DNA from: Cyanophora paradoxa CCMP329
Taxonomy: Eukaryota > Plantae > Glaucophyta
Direction of reading: 5' to 3'
Assembly: GCA_004431415.1 (NCBI GenBank)
Contig: QPMI01000561.1
Coordinates: 25,075-89,074 of the forward strand
Length of the DNA stretch: 64,000 nucleotides
Position numbers and translations under genes: made by a program. Under the pieces are notes generated by a model. The model was not told the origin of the DNA and did not search any database. It saw nothing but the letters and a program-made list of their open reading frames with translations. Shown here one piece after another: positions 1-12,216 of this stretch (positions are counted from its first letter, which is position 1; the number at the start of each line of letters is the position of its first letter).

Positions 1-3000
1 GAGGGCCGCCGGCGGGGGCGGCCCCGGGCTGGGGTACGAGGGCGGGGCGCCCTGGAAGGAGCGGGGGTGCCCAGCAGGAAGCGGGCGACCTCGGCGCGCG
101 CCCGCTCCAGCTCCTCCCGCAGCTCCTCGATCTGGCCCTGCAGGCGGCGGCGCGCCCCGTCAGCACAGCCGCCGCAGGCTCGAGCGCGGGCGGCGCCGCC
201 CGGCGGACCTCGGCGGCGCGGCGGTCGGCGCGGGCGATGGCGACGGCCTCGCGGTACTCGGCGTCCCGCATCCGCAGGTGCTCCGCCAGCTGCAGGCTCG
301 ACTCCGCCGCCTGCCGCCCCCGCCCGTCAGGCCCCCGCGCCGGGCCCCGCCTGCGCCGGACCCCCGGCGCGCCTCGTGGGAGCGGAAGACCTCGCGATCC
401 TTCTCCAGCACCTCCCGCTCGAGCTCGGCCACGCGCCCCTGCGCCGCCGCCAGCTCCGCCCCGAGCCGCCCCGCCTCCGCGCGCGCCGCCTCCGCCTCCG
501 CCCGGGCCGCCTTCTGCCCGGCCTGCAGGGCGTCCAGCTCCCGCCAGAGGCGCTCGGTGTCCCGGTTGTAGTCGGCGAGCATCCCCTCCCGCTCCCGCCG
601 CGCCGCCCCCGCCGCCTCCTCCGCCTCCGCGCGCGCCCGCTCCGCCGCCGCCAGCCGCGCCCGCATCTCGTCCCGCTCCGCCACTGCCTCCTCCGACTGC
701 ACCACCGCCAGCGCCTGCCGTTGCCGCCCGGGCCGGTCAGGCGGGCGGGCGGCGGCGGCGGGGCAGGGCGCACGTGCTGCTTGAGGCGCTCGCACTCGCC
801 GCGGACGATGCGGAGGCCCTCCTTCAGCTGCCCGATGGTCCCCTCCTTCTCCTCGCACGCCCGCTGCCCCACCGCACCCCGCGCACGTCAGCCGGCGCCG
901 CGCCGTCGCGCCCGGCGCGGGCGGGCGGGCGCGGGCGGGGCTCGCCTGCAGGGCCGCGCGGTCGTCCAGCAGCACCTCCACCCGCACCTGCGCGACCCGG
1001 CGCTCGACGAGGCAGGCGGGAGGCAGGTTGCGGGGCGGGAGAGGGCGACGGGGGGCGGCGGGCCTGGAGCTGGCCGACGACGGACTCGTCGCCGGAGCGG
1101 AGCTCGTCGAGGGCGCCCCGCAGCCGCGCCCGCTCCTTTTCGCTCGCGTCCAGCTTCACCTGCCCGCCCGCCCCCGACCCGACCCGGCTCGGGCCCCGGA
1201 GGGGCACGCGGGGCGGGGCGGGGCGGGGCGGACGCGGAGCTCGGCGGCGGCGCGGGACTCGCGGGCGAGGCGGGAGCGCTCCTCGGCGAGCTCCTCCAGC
1301 AGCCGAACCTGCGGCGCCGCACCGGCTCGCCCTCTCCGACGGGCCGGGCCGGGCGGGACGGGGGCGAGGCGCGGGAGGCGGACCCGCTCGCCGTCGGCGT
1401 GCTCGAACTTCTGCTGCAGCTCCCGCGCGAGCGCGCCCGCCCCTCCCCGCCCGCCCGCCCCGGCCCCGCCGCGCCGCCGCCGCCCCGCCGGCCCCGTCCG
1501 CCCGCAGCGCCACCAGGTCGGCCTCCGCCTTCGCCTTGCCGGCCCGCAGCTTCTCCATCTACGCCGGAGCTGAGGGGGCAGCCGCGGGGCGCGCTCGGCG
1601 GGGCGCGGGGCGGGCCTCCTTGGAGAGGGAGAGCTGCTTGCGGCGCGAGGCCTCCGCCTCCGCCCGCGCCTCGTCCAGCTGCGCCTGCGCGGGGGAGGGG
1701 GACGGTGTGGGGCGGGGTACGGGCTCCCGGGAGGGTCGGGAGGGGACCTTCCAGGCCTCGGCCTCGGCGCGGGCGGCCTCGACGGTCGCGCGCGCCTCCT
1801 GGCCCCTCCGCTCCGCCTCCCCCACCTGCGCCGGCCCCGCTTCGCCGGCCGTACGGGGGTACCCAGGAGGGGTGCGGGGTACCTGGTCGCGCATCGCCCA
1901 CCACTTGCGCTGGGCGTCAGCCACCTGCGGGGGCGGGCGGGGCAGGGAGGGGAATGTCAGGCGCCAGGGAGGAGAGGGGGGCGGGGGGCGGCGGGAGGTG
2001 GGCGGCGGGCCTCATTGGCGAGGCGGGAGACGGCGCGGGCGGCGGCGCCCTGCGAGGAGGCGACGGAGGCGCGCATCTCGTCGAGGGTCGCCCGGCTCGC
2101 CTCGACGAGCACGCGGTGCGCGCGCCGCAGCCGCCGGCACTCCCCCGCCACCCGCCCCGCGTAGTCCCGCACGCTCCGGTGCTGCACGGCGGTCGATCTC
2201 GGGAGGAGAACGGGGGCGGGCTTCGAGGAGAGACGGAGGGGGCACCTGCAGGACGAGCTGGATCCAGCGGTGGAAGATCTGCCGCGGCGCGGCGCGCCCC
2301 GTCGCTCGCTCGCGCTCCCCGGCCGCGGGGCGGGGCGCAGCAGGCTCGGGCGGGGCCCCTCCCGCACCTCGAGCTCGACAGAGGCCATCTCGTCCGAGAC
2401 GCGCACGGCGATCCCCTGCAGCATCTGCCCCCGCACGCCCGCTCTCACTCGGCAGGCGGCCCAGCGCGGCGGGGCCGGGGGCGCGGGAGGCGGGGCGGCA
2501 CCTTCTTCTTCTGCTCCTCCTCCTTGCGCGCGCCCGACGTGAGCATGTCCATCCCGACGCTCTTCAGCAGCGCGAACGGAGACTCGGCGCCGCCGGCCGA
2601 GCACGCCGTCGATGCCTGCCGGGAGGCGGGCGGGGCGTCGGGGCGAGGCGCGCGGGGCCGCCGAGCGCTTCCCGCACCTCCGGCGAGGATTCCGGCTTCA
2701 GGCCCGCCGTGCTGACGAAGTTCGAGAAGAGGTGCTCCTGCGGGCACGCCCGTCACCCGCGCGCCCCGGCTCCGAGCGGACCGAGGCGTACGATGCGAGA
2801 CAGCGACTCCTCTAGGAACGTGATGTCCGGGTCACCTCGCGGCGTCGTCAGCATCAGCTGCGGCGCCGTGTCAGGGGGCCGTTGAGCGCTCGAGCGCCGG
2901 CTCTGAGCGCTACATTGGCGACGAGGCGCTAGGCGGCGTGACGCATGCATTCGAATCTAAGTAGTGCGTGCGTGCGAGCGGCGGCGGCGGCAGCGGAGGC

Positions 3001-3072
3001 GGCCAAGACGAGGATGGGTCGAAGGCGGACCTCCTGGACGCGCGAGACGAAGGGCGACCTCGCTCCCTCCAT
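1..3072 (-). CDS. Multi-exon coiled-coil protein of unknown function (3' end outside window)
   Basis: Short exons with heptad-like E/R/A/L-rich peptides (HRSVRDYAGRVAGECRRLRRAHRVLVEASRATLDEMRASV, EQREGMLADYNRDTERLWRELDALQ-like segments) separated by GC-rich introns ending in CAG; candidate ATG at 3072. Confidence 0.6.
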
Positions 3073-3463
3073 TCGAAGTTGTGTTAATCCTGCTGTTAAT
3101 CCCGCTGCGACCGCCCTCTCCCGCGTGCTGGCTGCGTTGAGCTAAACTTCAGTTTGAGCGCGGGCAGCCGAGTTCGGCGAAGGGCTTTGTACGAACGCGG
3201 TGGGCTTAGAGGACGGTCCTCGCTGCCCGCCAGCTTGCTTTCTCGCTCTGCTACGTTGCGAATGAAGTCTGCCGTACCCCCAGAATCCCCAGAATGCCAG
3301 TTCGGTGCAGGCAGATAGCAGATGCACCGGCGATGTTAGTACTTCCTCTTTAGTGCGCCAAGTGCGCATATCACAGGCACGATGAGCGGTGTGCCTGCTA
3401 CGCGGAAGGTGTCCCTGGTCAGCCAAGGAGGCGATCACCTTCCGCGCCTGGGATCAAAGCCGA

Positions 3464-6400
3464 ATGTCGTCGGCACCCTACAAGGACCCGGAGCTGGTAA
3501 GCTTCGCCATGCCTGCTTTCCATGACCCTTGAGCGTGACCTACTGCTCCAGCGCCCCGTCCGGTCGCTGGCTCGGTTGCGGGAGCATCCATACGTAGCCC
3601 GACGGCCGCGCTGGATGCCATGCGGAGGAACCTGTCGCCGGCCCCCGCACCACCTCCTGCTGCGGGCCCCTTGACGCCCGCCGCTCCCAAGGGGGCCGTG
3701 AACGCCGTGCGACCTAGGCCGCGCCTAAAGCCCCCCATACCGACCTTCAACACGGCCGCCAAGAAGGAGGCGAAGGGCGCGTCCTCCTACGCGCGCCCAT
3801 TGCTGCGCGCTTGCCCCTGCTGACGCCGGATTAGATGTGGTGGAGAAGCCGCCCCCACCGCCGGGCCCCGCGCCCCCGCCGCGCCTCTCGGCACCGGCGC
3901 GGCTCCCCAGCGAGCTGCCGGGGCCGTCGGGCGCTGCGGCGGCCGCCAACACGTCCAAGCGCGACGGCGTCCTCGCGCCGCCGCCGCAGAGGAAGGACGG
4001 GCGGGCCGCGCGCGACGTCTCGCCGGGCGCGGCGATGTCGCCCGTCGTGGCCGTGGCACAGCGAGCGGTGGGCGCCGTGAGCAGCTCGGAGGCCCTGTCG
4101 CCCGGCGGGCAGAACGTCACGGTGAGGCGCAAGACCAGCATCGGCGGCAGCAGCGTGCGCCCGCGCTCGGCGTCCTCCACGCAGCGGGTCAGTCGCGCCG
4201 CGCCGCGCCCCTCCCGCGCGCCTCGCGCCGTGGCGCGCCCCGACGCCCCGCGGCAGACCTTCAACCTGCCGCCGGGCGACGAGATCCCCGTGCCGCGCAA
4301 GTGCGTCACGGCGGTCGCGCTGCAGAACGCCGGCAAGCTGCGCGACAAGCCGGCCATCGTGCGCCCCCGCCCCGCCCCCGCCCCTCCCCGCCCCGCCCGG
4401 CTCGGGCGAGCGAGGGGCCGGGGCCAGATCGACGCGGGGACGGGCCGGGCGCTCTCCTACGCGGAGCTGGAGCGCTCGGTCAAGCTCGCCGCCCTCGGCC
4501 TCAGGAGGTCCCGCCCCGCCCCCGCCTCCCTCGCCGCCCACGCCCCCGCCTTCGCCCCCGCCGAGCAGCGCCGCGCAGGTTCGGGTACCGCGCCGGCCAC
4601 GTCTTCGCGTTCCTGGGCGGGGGCGGGGCCGAGTGGGCGGTCGCCCTGCACGCCGTCGCCCTCATCGGGGGGACGGTCACGCTGGTGCCCCCCAACGCCA
4701 ACGTCGACGCCGCCGTCGCCCAGGCCCGCCCCGCCCCGCGCCCCGCCCCGCCCCGCCCCGGGCGGCTGAGGGGCCTCGGGCAGATGCGGGAGGGGGAGGC
4801 GGTGGCGGCGTTCGCGACGGAGCCGGCCTGCGACCTCGCCCTCGACGCCGCCTCCCGCGACGCCCAGGCCCGCCCCGCCCCGCCCCTCTCCGCCGCGACT
4901 CCCCCTGCTCGCCTCTCTCTGAGGCGCGGGGCGGGGGCGCAGATCCAGGACGTCTTCGTCTTCGGGTCGTGCAGCGGGGCCACCCCCTTCGCCGAGGTCC
5001 CCCCGCCCCGCGCCGCGCGGCTCCGGCGCGGGAGGGCGCTGAGGCGGGCCGGGGCCGGGCCGGGGCAGGTGCTGGCGCGCAACCGGCGGGCCTCGCGCAT
5101 CCGCTCCTCCATGGACGCCTCCGCCATGGGCCTCGTCCTCTCCGGCGTCACCGCCTCCGGCTCCGGCCTCGCCGGTCCGCCGCCCGCCCCGCCCGCCCCC
5201 GCGCCCCCGCGCCCCCTGAGCCGGCGGGCAGGGTCGGTGCGGTCGCCGCAGCGGGCGTCGGGGCGGACCTACGGAAGGAGCTGCTGAAGAGCGCCGTCGA
5301 AGACGACGAGGCGGAGCTCGCCAAGTGCGCCCCGCCCCGCCCCGCGCCCCCGCCAGACGCGCGCCCCGACCCGACGCGCGCCCCGCGCAGGTCCTCGAGG
5401 AGATGCAGGCGCCCGTCAGCATCTACTCCCACCCCCTCCTCCTCCTCTACAGGGTACAGCCCCCTCGTCCCGGCCCGCGGCCGGCGCCCCCGCCGACGCG
5501 GCGGGCAGCATCCAGCGGGGGGCGGGGGCGGGGCGGGGGCGGGGGCGCGGGGGCGGGGTGGCGGCGGCGAGGGCGCTGGGCACGCCGCGCTCGGGGAGCC
5601 TCAACGCCGCCGCGGAGTCCTCGCGCCTCGCCCTCACCCACCACAACGTCGCCGCCTCCCTCGTCCAGCTCGCCGCCGTCCGCCCTCCCCGCTCCCCTCC
5701 CTTCCGGAAAGCGGCCCCGCTCGGATTCGAACCCGCGCCCCGCAGGCGGAGGACTGGGACGAGTCCGACGTCACGGTGCTCCTCCCCCACGCCTACACCC
5801 CCTACCAGCTCATCGTCTCCTACATCCTCCCCCTCTACCTGGGTACCCCCCGCGTCCCCGGCGCCGCGTACCCCCCCGACCTCACGCCCTCCGCCACGCG
5901 CGCCAGGCTCCACCGTCGTGGCGATGTCCTCGTACAGCGGGCCGCCCTCCCCCTCCCCGCGCTCCGTCACCACGGCGCTCTCCTCGGGGGCCTCGGCCGC
6001 GCCCGTGCCGCCGCTCCTCTCGGGCGCCGGCGCCTCGTCGCCCATCGAGAACGGCGGGGCCGGCTTCGAGGCGTGGCTGGCGCTAGTGACGGAGCACCGG
6101 GCGACGCGGGCGGACGTGACGGCGCCCGTGCTGCTGGCGCTCCTCAAGTCGCCGGCGGTGGACGCGCACCTCGCCACCCTCTCCCGCCTGCGCTCCCTCA
6201 ACCTGGGGCCCGTCCCCGTCGCCGAGCCCTTCCAGCGCCTCCTCGCCGTCCGCCTCGGCGCCCACGTCCGCCTGCGCCTCGGCTACGGCTGCTTCGAGGC
6301 GCCCCTCACGCACCTCACCTCCCCCGCCAAGCCCCAGTTCGGCGTCGCCGGCGCCGCGCTGCTCGGCACGGCCTGCCGCGTCGTCGACGAGCGGACGGGC

Positions 6401-7798
6401 CAGCAGGCGGCCGCCGGCAGGTCGGGGGCCATCTACGTGCGGGGCCCGCAGGTGGCGCGCCCCGTGCCGCCCCTCCCCGCCCCCGCCGACGAGGAGCCGC
6501 CGCCCCTCCTCTGGCTCCCCACCGGCGACCACGGCTCCGGTCCGCCTGCCCCTCCCCACGCGTCGCCTCTGCCTTGGGGCTGACGCGCCGCCTCCCGCAG
6601 TGGACGAGGAGGGGTGCCTGCGGGTGTCGGAGCCGCGGCGGGACGTGCTGCACTTCGACGGGCTGCTGCGCGTGCCCCTCGCCCACGTGGAGGCCGTGCT
6701 GCTGAGCCACCCCTCCGTCCACGACGCCGCCGTCGTCCCCGTCCCCGACGAGGAGCACCACCAGGCGCGCCCGGGCCGGCCGGCGGCCACGCGGGGCGGG
6801 GGCCCGGGGCGGCTTCTGACGGGGCGGGCGCAGGTGGCGAAGGCGTACGTGGTGCCGTCGAGCACGCACGCGACGCACGCGAACCTCGCCCAGCTCGAGC
6901 TCTTCAACTGGATAAAGGCCCGCCCCCACGCCCGCCCGCCCGCCCCGCCCGCCCTGAGCTCGCTCTGACGCCCTTACCCTCCTCCGCAGGCGGGGGACCC
7001 GGCGTCCAAGGCGGCGGCGGCGGCGTCGGGCCAGGCGGCGGCCGAGGGGCATGCGGCGGCGGAGAGGGCCGGGGAGGAGAGGGGCGGGGGCGGCCTGAAG
7101 CCGGCGAAGTCGATGAAGGGCGGGGGCAGGACGCCCGGGCGGACGGCGCGGGCGGAGAGCCCGCGCTCCTCGCCCCGCAACGGCGGGCCCGGCATCGCCG
7201 TCCACGACGCCCCCGCCTCCGCCCTCGGCTCCGACTCCCCGCGCCCCCCCGGCATGGACCGCACCGCCGGCGGCGGCGGCGGCGGCGGCGGCGGGCTGGC
7301 GGTGGGCGGCGGGGGCCACGCGATCAGCCACGCGGGGAGGAGCAGCGCCGCGGTGGCGGGACGGCGCGGCCGCACAACCGGGGCATGGCGGACAGCGACG
7401 AGGAGGAGGCGGGGCCGGGGCCGGGCGCCGGGCCGCCGCGGGCGCTGGCGACGCGGCGGGCGAGCCGGAGCACGCCGCAGGGGGCGGACTCGGACGGGCC
7501 GGAGGAGAAGGACAGCGGGAGGCTGCGGGAGCTGCTGAGCCCGTCCGCCCCGCTGGAGGAGGCGCCGCCGGGCCCGGCGACGACGGGGCTCTCGCGGCAG
7601 GCGGCGGAGCTCATGGCGCTGGCGCAGGAGATCAAATCGTACATCGCCGACCGCCTCTCGCCCTACGCGCAGCTCCGCGCCGTCGAGTTCATGCCCCGCC
7701 TCCCCAAGTCCCCCTCCGGCCGCACCCTCCACCGGCGCCTCCTCGAGAAGGAGGACAACGCCTACTCCGACGAGGAGACCGCCGCCCCCGCCTTCTAG
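3464..7798 (+). CDS. AMP-binding (ANL superfamily) 4-coumarate-CoA ligase/luciferase-like protein with degenerate catalytic motifs, multi-exon
   Basis: Exons give IDAGTGRALSYAEL, LTHHNVAASLVQL, GYGCFEA, GAIYVRGPQV, WLPTGDHG, VEAVLLSHPSVHDAAVVPVPDE and QLRAVEFMPRLPKSPSGR; first exon MSSAPYKDPEL followed by GTAAGC; stop at 7796-7798. Confidence 0.8.
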
Positions 7799-8127
7799 CC
7801 CCGGGGGCCCCGGGGCCCCCCTTCTTTTTCTAGCGTAGAGCAGCGTACCAGCGTAGTAGCCGTAGCCGCGTATCGTAGCCCGCAGCCAGCGCGTACTAGG
7901 AGTCTTTTTTGCCCCTTTGCGTCGCGCCCGACTCGACTCGACTCGGCGAGGGCGGCGCACAGTATTCACCCCACTCCGCGGCGAGGGCGCTCGGAGGCGG
8001 CGAATCGGTGGCGCCCCGGTCCAGCGATCGCGCGCCCACGCGATTCTTTGAGTTCCAACGCGTATTCTAGATCTAATGATGTATCCTAAGAAGAGAACTT
8101 TCAAGTCCGTGGAGCGGCGACGGGGGC

Positions 8128-9285
8128 CTAGAGGCAGGTGCCGCCCTCGTTGAGGAGGCAGTTCTCGATGCGGCGCACGGCCTTGAAGATCGCCTGCGGG
8201 GCGAGGGCGCGCGCGGGGCGGCGGCCTCAGAGTCGGGGCGCGCGCGGGCCGGGGGGCCTCGAGCTCGGAGGGCGGGCCGGGGCGCACGGCGTCGGCGTCC
8301 TTCTCGAGCTCGCCGGCGCTGCCCTTGGTGAAGGTCTTGTTCCCGTAGTCGCTCTTCAGCCGCGTCCAGAAGGACTGCGGCAGCAGCAGCTGCACCTCCT
8401 GCCCCACGTTGAAGCTGGCCCCGCCCGCCCGCCTCAGGGCGGGCGCCGGGGCGGGGACGGGGCGGGGCGGGGGCACTTGAGGCGGTTGGGGAAGGTGTCG
8501 TCCACCACCATCACGATCGAGCTGTCGTCCAGGCCCCAGAACTGCCCCCCCCGCCCCGCGCGGCGTCGGCCGAGTCCCGCCGAGGCGCGCGCGGGGCGGG
8601 GCACGGGCCGGGCCGGCGCGCACCTCCTTGATGCTCTCGCCGGGCGTCTCAGGATACGACTGGGTCAGCACGCGTATCTTGAATCCCTTGGCGTCAAGCT
8701 CCGTCAGCTGCGCCGCTAGCTTGCGCTCCTGCGCCGGCTGCGCGCGCATTCGAGCTCAGCCAGCGGCCGGGCCGCGGCTCGCGACGGCGCCGACGGGAGG
8801 CAGAAGCGGCGCGCACGCTGAGGTAGTCCATAAGATCGATCTGCCGAGCGGAGGCGGGGGCGTTAGAGTTCGCTGGCGGCGTTGCGCGTTCCCGAAGCAC
8901 GTGCGGCGGGGCTTCAAGAAGCGGGCGCGACGCACTACTGGCGTTTTCTCCTTCGGGAGCAGATCCGGGCGGTTGACAGCGAACACCGGCGCCGCCGGGA
9001 TTAGCGCCGCGGCCAAGGCGGCAGCGGCGACCCACGAGCGAGCGGCGGTGACGAACGAGCGGCCTGCCAGAGGCGGGTCAGAATCGATTGCCAGCTCGAT
9101 TCAAACACCAGGCGCGCACTCGCAGCCGGGGCGCTGGGGCCGTCCGCCGAAGCGCAGGTTGGACCCACACCGGCTGGCGCGGCCTGGCGGGCCTGGCGGC
9201 ACAGGCGCTCTTGTGCCAGCGAGCTCGAGCCGCTGGAGGCGAGCTGCCTAGCGCCGACGACCGGAGTGATCGAGAACGCGTGCAT
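8128..9285 (-). CDS. Thylakoid lumenal 15 kDa protein 2-like (TPM domain) with bipartite plastid/thylakoid targeting peptide
   Basis: Spliced product: MHAFSITP...AAALIPAAPVFA|VNRPDLLPKEKTPV-IDLMDYLS...[35 protein letters not shown]...FNVGQEVQLLLPQSFWTRLKSDYGN...IENCL. This resembles the plant/cyanobacterial family as I recall it. Confidence 0.85.
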
Positions 9286-9340
9286 CGTGGCTGGCCAGGC
9301 CTGGTCTCTCTGAGGGGGTAGTCGAATACAGAAGCCACGG

Positions 9341-10227
9341 ATGATCCTCCGATCCGGGCTTGGGATCGGTCGGCTGTGCAAGCCCGCTGGAATCCCGCAG
9401 AGCCAGGCTTCCACGCTCGCAAGACCGGTGTGCACGTGTCTCCGGCATCGCAGCGCCGCCGCCACTGAGCGCGCCGCGACCAGATCGTTCGGCACGTCCG
9501 CGTAAGCACGCAGAGTGACGGCAATACATGTAACGTTGCAGTGGTGCGCGCGGGAACTTTCCCTTCAACATCAGCGTGCAGATCGGCTGATCGGCTGACC
9601 ACCCAGTGCGCGCGCAGCCTGGTACATCCGGATTCAAGGTGAACAAGGAGACACCATGCGCCCTGGACTACGCGCTAGGTGGGCCAGCGCTCCCTCTCCC
9701 CCTGCTAGGTGCCAGCGCTTCGGCAGGGGCCCTGGCCGCGTGCGAACAAAGCACGGCGCTGGATCTCGCACGGCAGCGGAACATCAACATTCGAAGCATG
9801 AATTTTGACATGGAGGCAACGGCGCGCCCGTTCAGCTGATGCGCCGGCGCTAGAGCGTCGCTGACTCTGCGCGCCTCGGCAGCTCGACGTAAGAGGCTAC
9901 AGAGGTGTCCCGGGCGTCCCCTCGCAGTTCCAGGTGCGCCGCCGCTGCCTGCGGTCGCTCGGAGCGCCCCAGCTTGATCATGAGGCGGGGCGGGGCCAGA
10001 CGCTCCGCTCGACGGTGCTGATCGACGCGGACGCGACGGAGGAGCAGCTCCGCGAGCTGAAGGAGCTCGTCTCCGAGCGCTGCCCCCTCCACGCCCTCTT
10101 CAGGGGTCCGCCCCCCGCGTCCCGCTCCGCGTCCCCCGACCAGGCTCACTCCGGGGCAGCCGCCGGCGTCAAGATGAGCGTCGCCTACTGCTTGCTCCCA
10201 CGCCCGAAGGCGGAGAGGCCGCCCTGA
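9341..10227 (+). CDS. OsmC/Ohr-family protein, multi-exon (start uncertain)
   Basis: PCALDYALG-ALAACEQ (first Cys), LDVRGYRGVPGV, IDADATEEQLRELKELVSERCP (second Cys). Confidence 0.7.
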
Positions 10228-10589
10228 TCGGCTCGGCGGACTTCCTCCCCACGTGTGAGAGCCCGAGCCCTCCCCTGCTCACGGCGCGTTCCGCACCACG
10301 ATCGGTCCAGCAGCAGCCCTCGCCAGCCATCTGATTTCGACTTTTCAATCTCAATTTTAAGCTCTAGATATAGTCCCTGCTTCAAGCTGCTTGCCCCCAT
10401 GGCCAATCCTTCAATTTCGGAAGCCAGCCAGGCTGAGTCAGCTAGAGCTCGGCGCCGGCGCCCCATTCGGTCCAGAGGTAGCAGCGTTTCGACAGCGAGC
10501 GACAATCAAAATTGTTGTAATATACAGATTGAGTTCTGAGTTGTATGTGGACCTGTGCTAGCCTAGCTAATGTACAATGAAGCTGAAGA

Positions 10590-11154
10590 TCAGGGCGCGC
10601 TGTCCTTGCTGGGTCGCGCGGGGCTTGCGCCGGTGAGAGGGATCTCGCGCATCTCTTTGCGCATGCAGAAGAACTCGCCCAGGACGGACATGATGATGCA
10701 GGAGAGGATCATCGCGATCCACCACTCCCACGCCTTCGGAAAGCCGCCGTAGATCCACGTCGCCACGAAGTGGATGAGGTGAAGCGTGAGGGTAAAGTCA
10801 AGGCACTTCTTCGACCGCTCCACGAAGACCCGGAGCGCCCAGGCGCTGCGCCGCGGTCGCCGGTCAAACCACATCAGCGGGTCGACGCTCTGCGGGGGCC
10901 GCGCGAGCGTGCCCCACAACGGAAGCGCACCTAGCTAAGGAAGCAATGACGAAGATGATGCACGCGAGCCAGCCACGCCCGTCTGTGAATCGAATGGAGC
11001 TGTACGAAAAGAGCTGCTGGAGACCGAACTCGTAGCCGAAGATGGCATCGAACCCGAAGAAGAGGACGCTAAGCGCCGCGTAGTACGAGAACTGCATGAG
11101 CGCGATCTGCCTCAGGATGAGCCGCGGCTCCCATCGCTCGGCGCCGTAGAACAT
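10590..11154 (-). CDS. SYS1: SYS1 Golgi integral membrane protein (2 exons)
   Basis: MFYGAERWEPRLILRQIALMQFSYY...FVERSKKCLDFTLTLHLIHF...FPKAWEWW...LGEFFCMRKEMREIP, typical SYS1 motifs. Confidence 0.9.
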
Positions 11155-11307
11155 CACCGCGGCCTCCGACCACGAAGCAAGCTACGTTAGCAGGCGGCTG
11201 GCGCGGCGGCTGCGTGGGCGGCTGCTGGGCGGCGGACGCCGGCGGTTTCCAGGAGGGTACGCAGCTCGAGTTGCTGGGTACAATCGCGCTCGGCTGAAAG
11301 TCGCAAA

Positions 11308-11578
11308 ATGAGCTTCCTGGTTCGCGCCCTCGCCAAGGACAACGTGGTGCGTGCAGGCTTTGCCACCTCCCGAATCGCCCTGCCGCCCGAGCGATTCGCG
11401 TCCGCGCGGGCGGCCTAGCGACAGTCTGGCGCGTTCTTTCAGCGCCCCTGACGTCCTGCAGGTCACCCTGTGCTTCATTGTCGGTGGCATCGGCTGCCTC
11501 TTGCCCGTCTTTGCCCAGCCCAAGGCGGTCGGCCAGAAGGGCTACGAACCCGTCCCGCGGCCCACCGCCCAGCAATAG
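11308..11578 (+). CDS. Small single-TM protein (51 aa), possibly complex I subunit NDUFA3/B9-like
   Basis: Exon 1 (11308-11346) MSFLVRALAKDNV, GT-AG intron, exon 2 (11462-11578) VTLCFIVGGIGCLLPVFAQP...; the xCxxGGIGxxLP pattern recalls B9. Confidence 0.5.
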
Positions 11579-12147
11579 CTTCGCTCCAGCCGCGCGCTTT
11601 GCGCCGCCTCCCCAGCGGCCCGTCATTGCACCCATCGCGCCTCCGCCCTGCGCCGTGGCGGCTCTGTTCATGAGCATTGTACAATAACAGGGTATCTTGT
11701 TTAGCTGCATCAACATCCAGTCGCGATGCGCCGCCGGAGCCGCGCCCGGGGTTGCCGACCTCCGACCGTCGCGCCTCTGCTGGACGGGGCCCGACGCCGC
11801 GCGCACGCGGCTGGGATCCCCGCCGCTGCGGCAACTGCGGGTCTCATTCGCGCAGACTGGCCTGGCGAAAGGCTTCACAGCATGGGCGACCGTGCGCTCC
11901 GCATCGACCGCTGGCTCTGGGCGGTGCACGGCCAGTGAGTTCCTCTAGTTCACCCCGAATTGCACGATGCCCTCTCAACGCGCGCCGGTCGGACTGCGGG
12001 CGTCCTTTCCTGGCTATCCTAGCGCCGCATCTGGTCTTAACATCCGAGGCTCCAGCTGGACGCGCTATAAGCCTCGAGCCTCTGCGCGCGGCACATAGCT
12101 AGTGCATGCATTATGAACAAATGCTCTAGGCCGAGGAGAAGATGAGA

Positions 12148-12172
12148 GGGGGGGGGGGGGGGGGGGGGGGGG
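12148..12172. repeat. G25 homopolymer
   Basis: 25 consecutive G downstream of the minus-strand membrane-protein gene. Confidence 0.9.
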
Positions 12173-12216
12173 CGCGGGGAGGAAGAGGGCGACATGTACA
12201 GCTGCAGCTTCCCCTG

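Noticed and set aside
11580-12100. Possible additional small gene or exon (DWPGERLHSMGD between CAG and GTGCG)
   Set aside because: No start/stop structure or recognisable product could be assembled.
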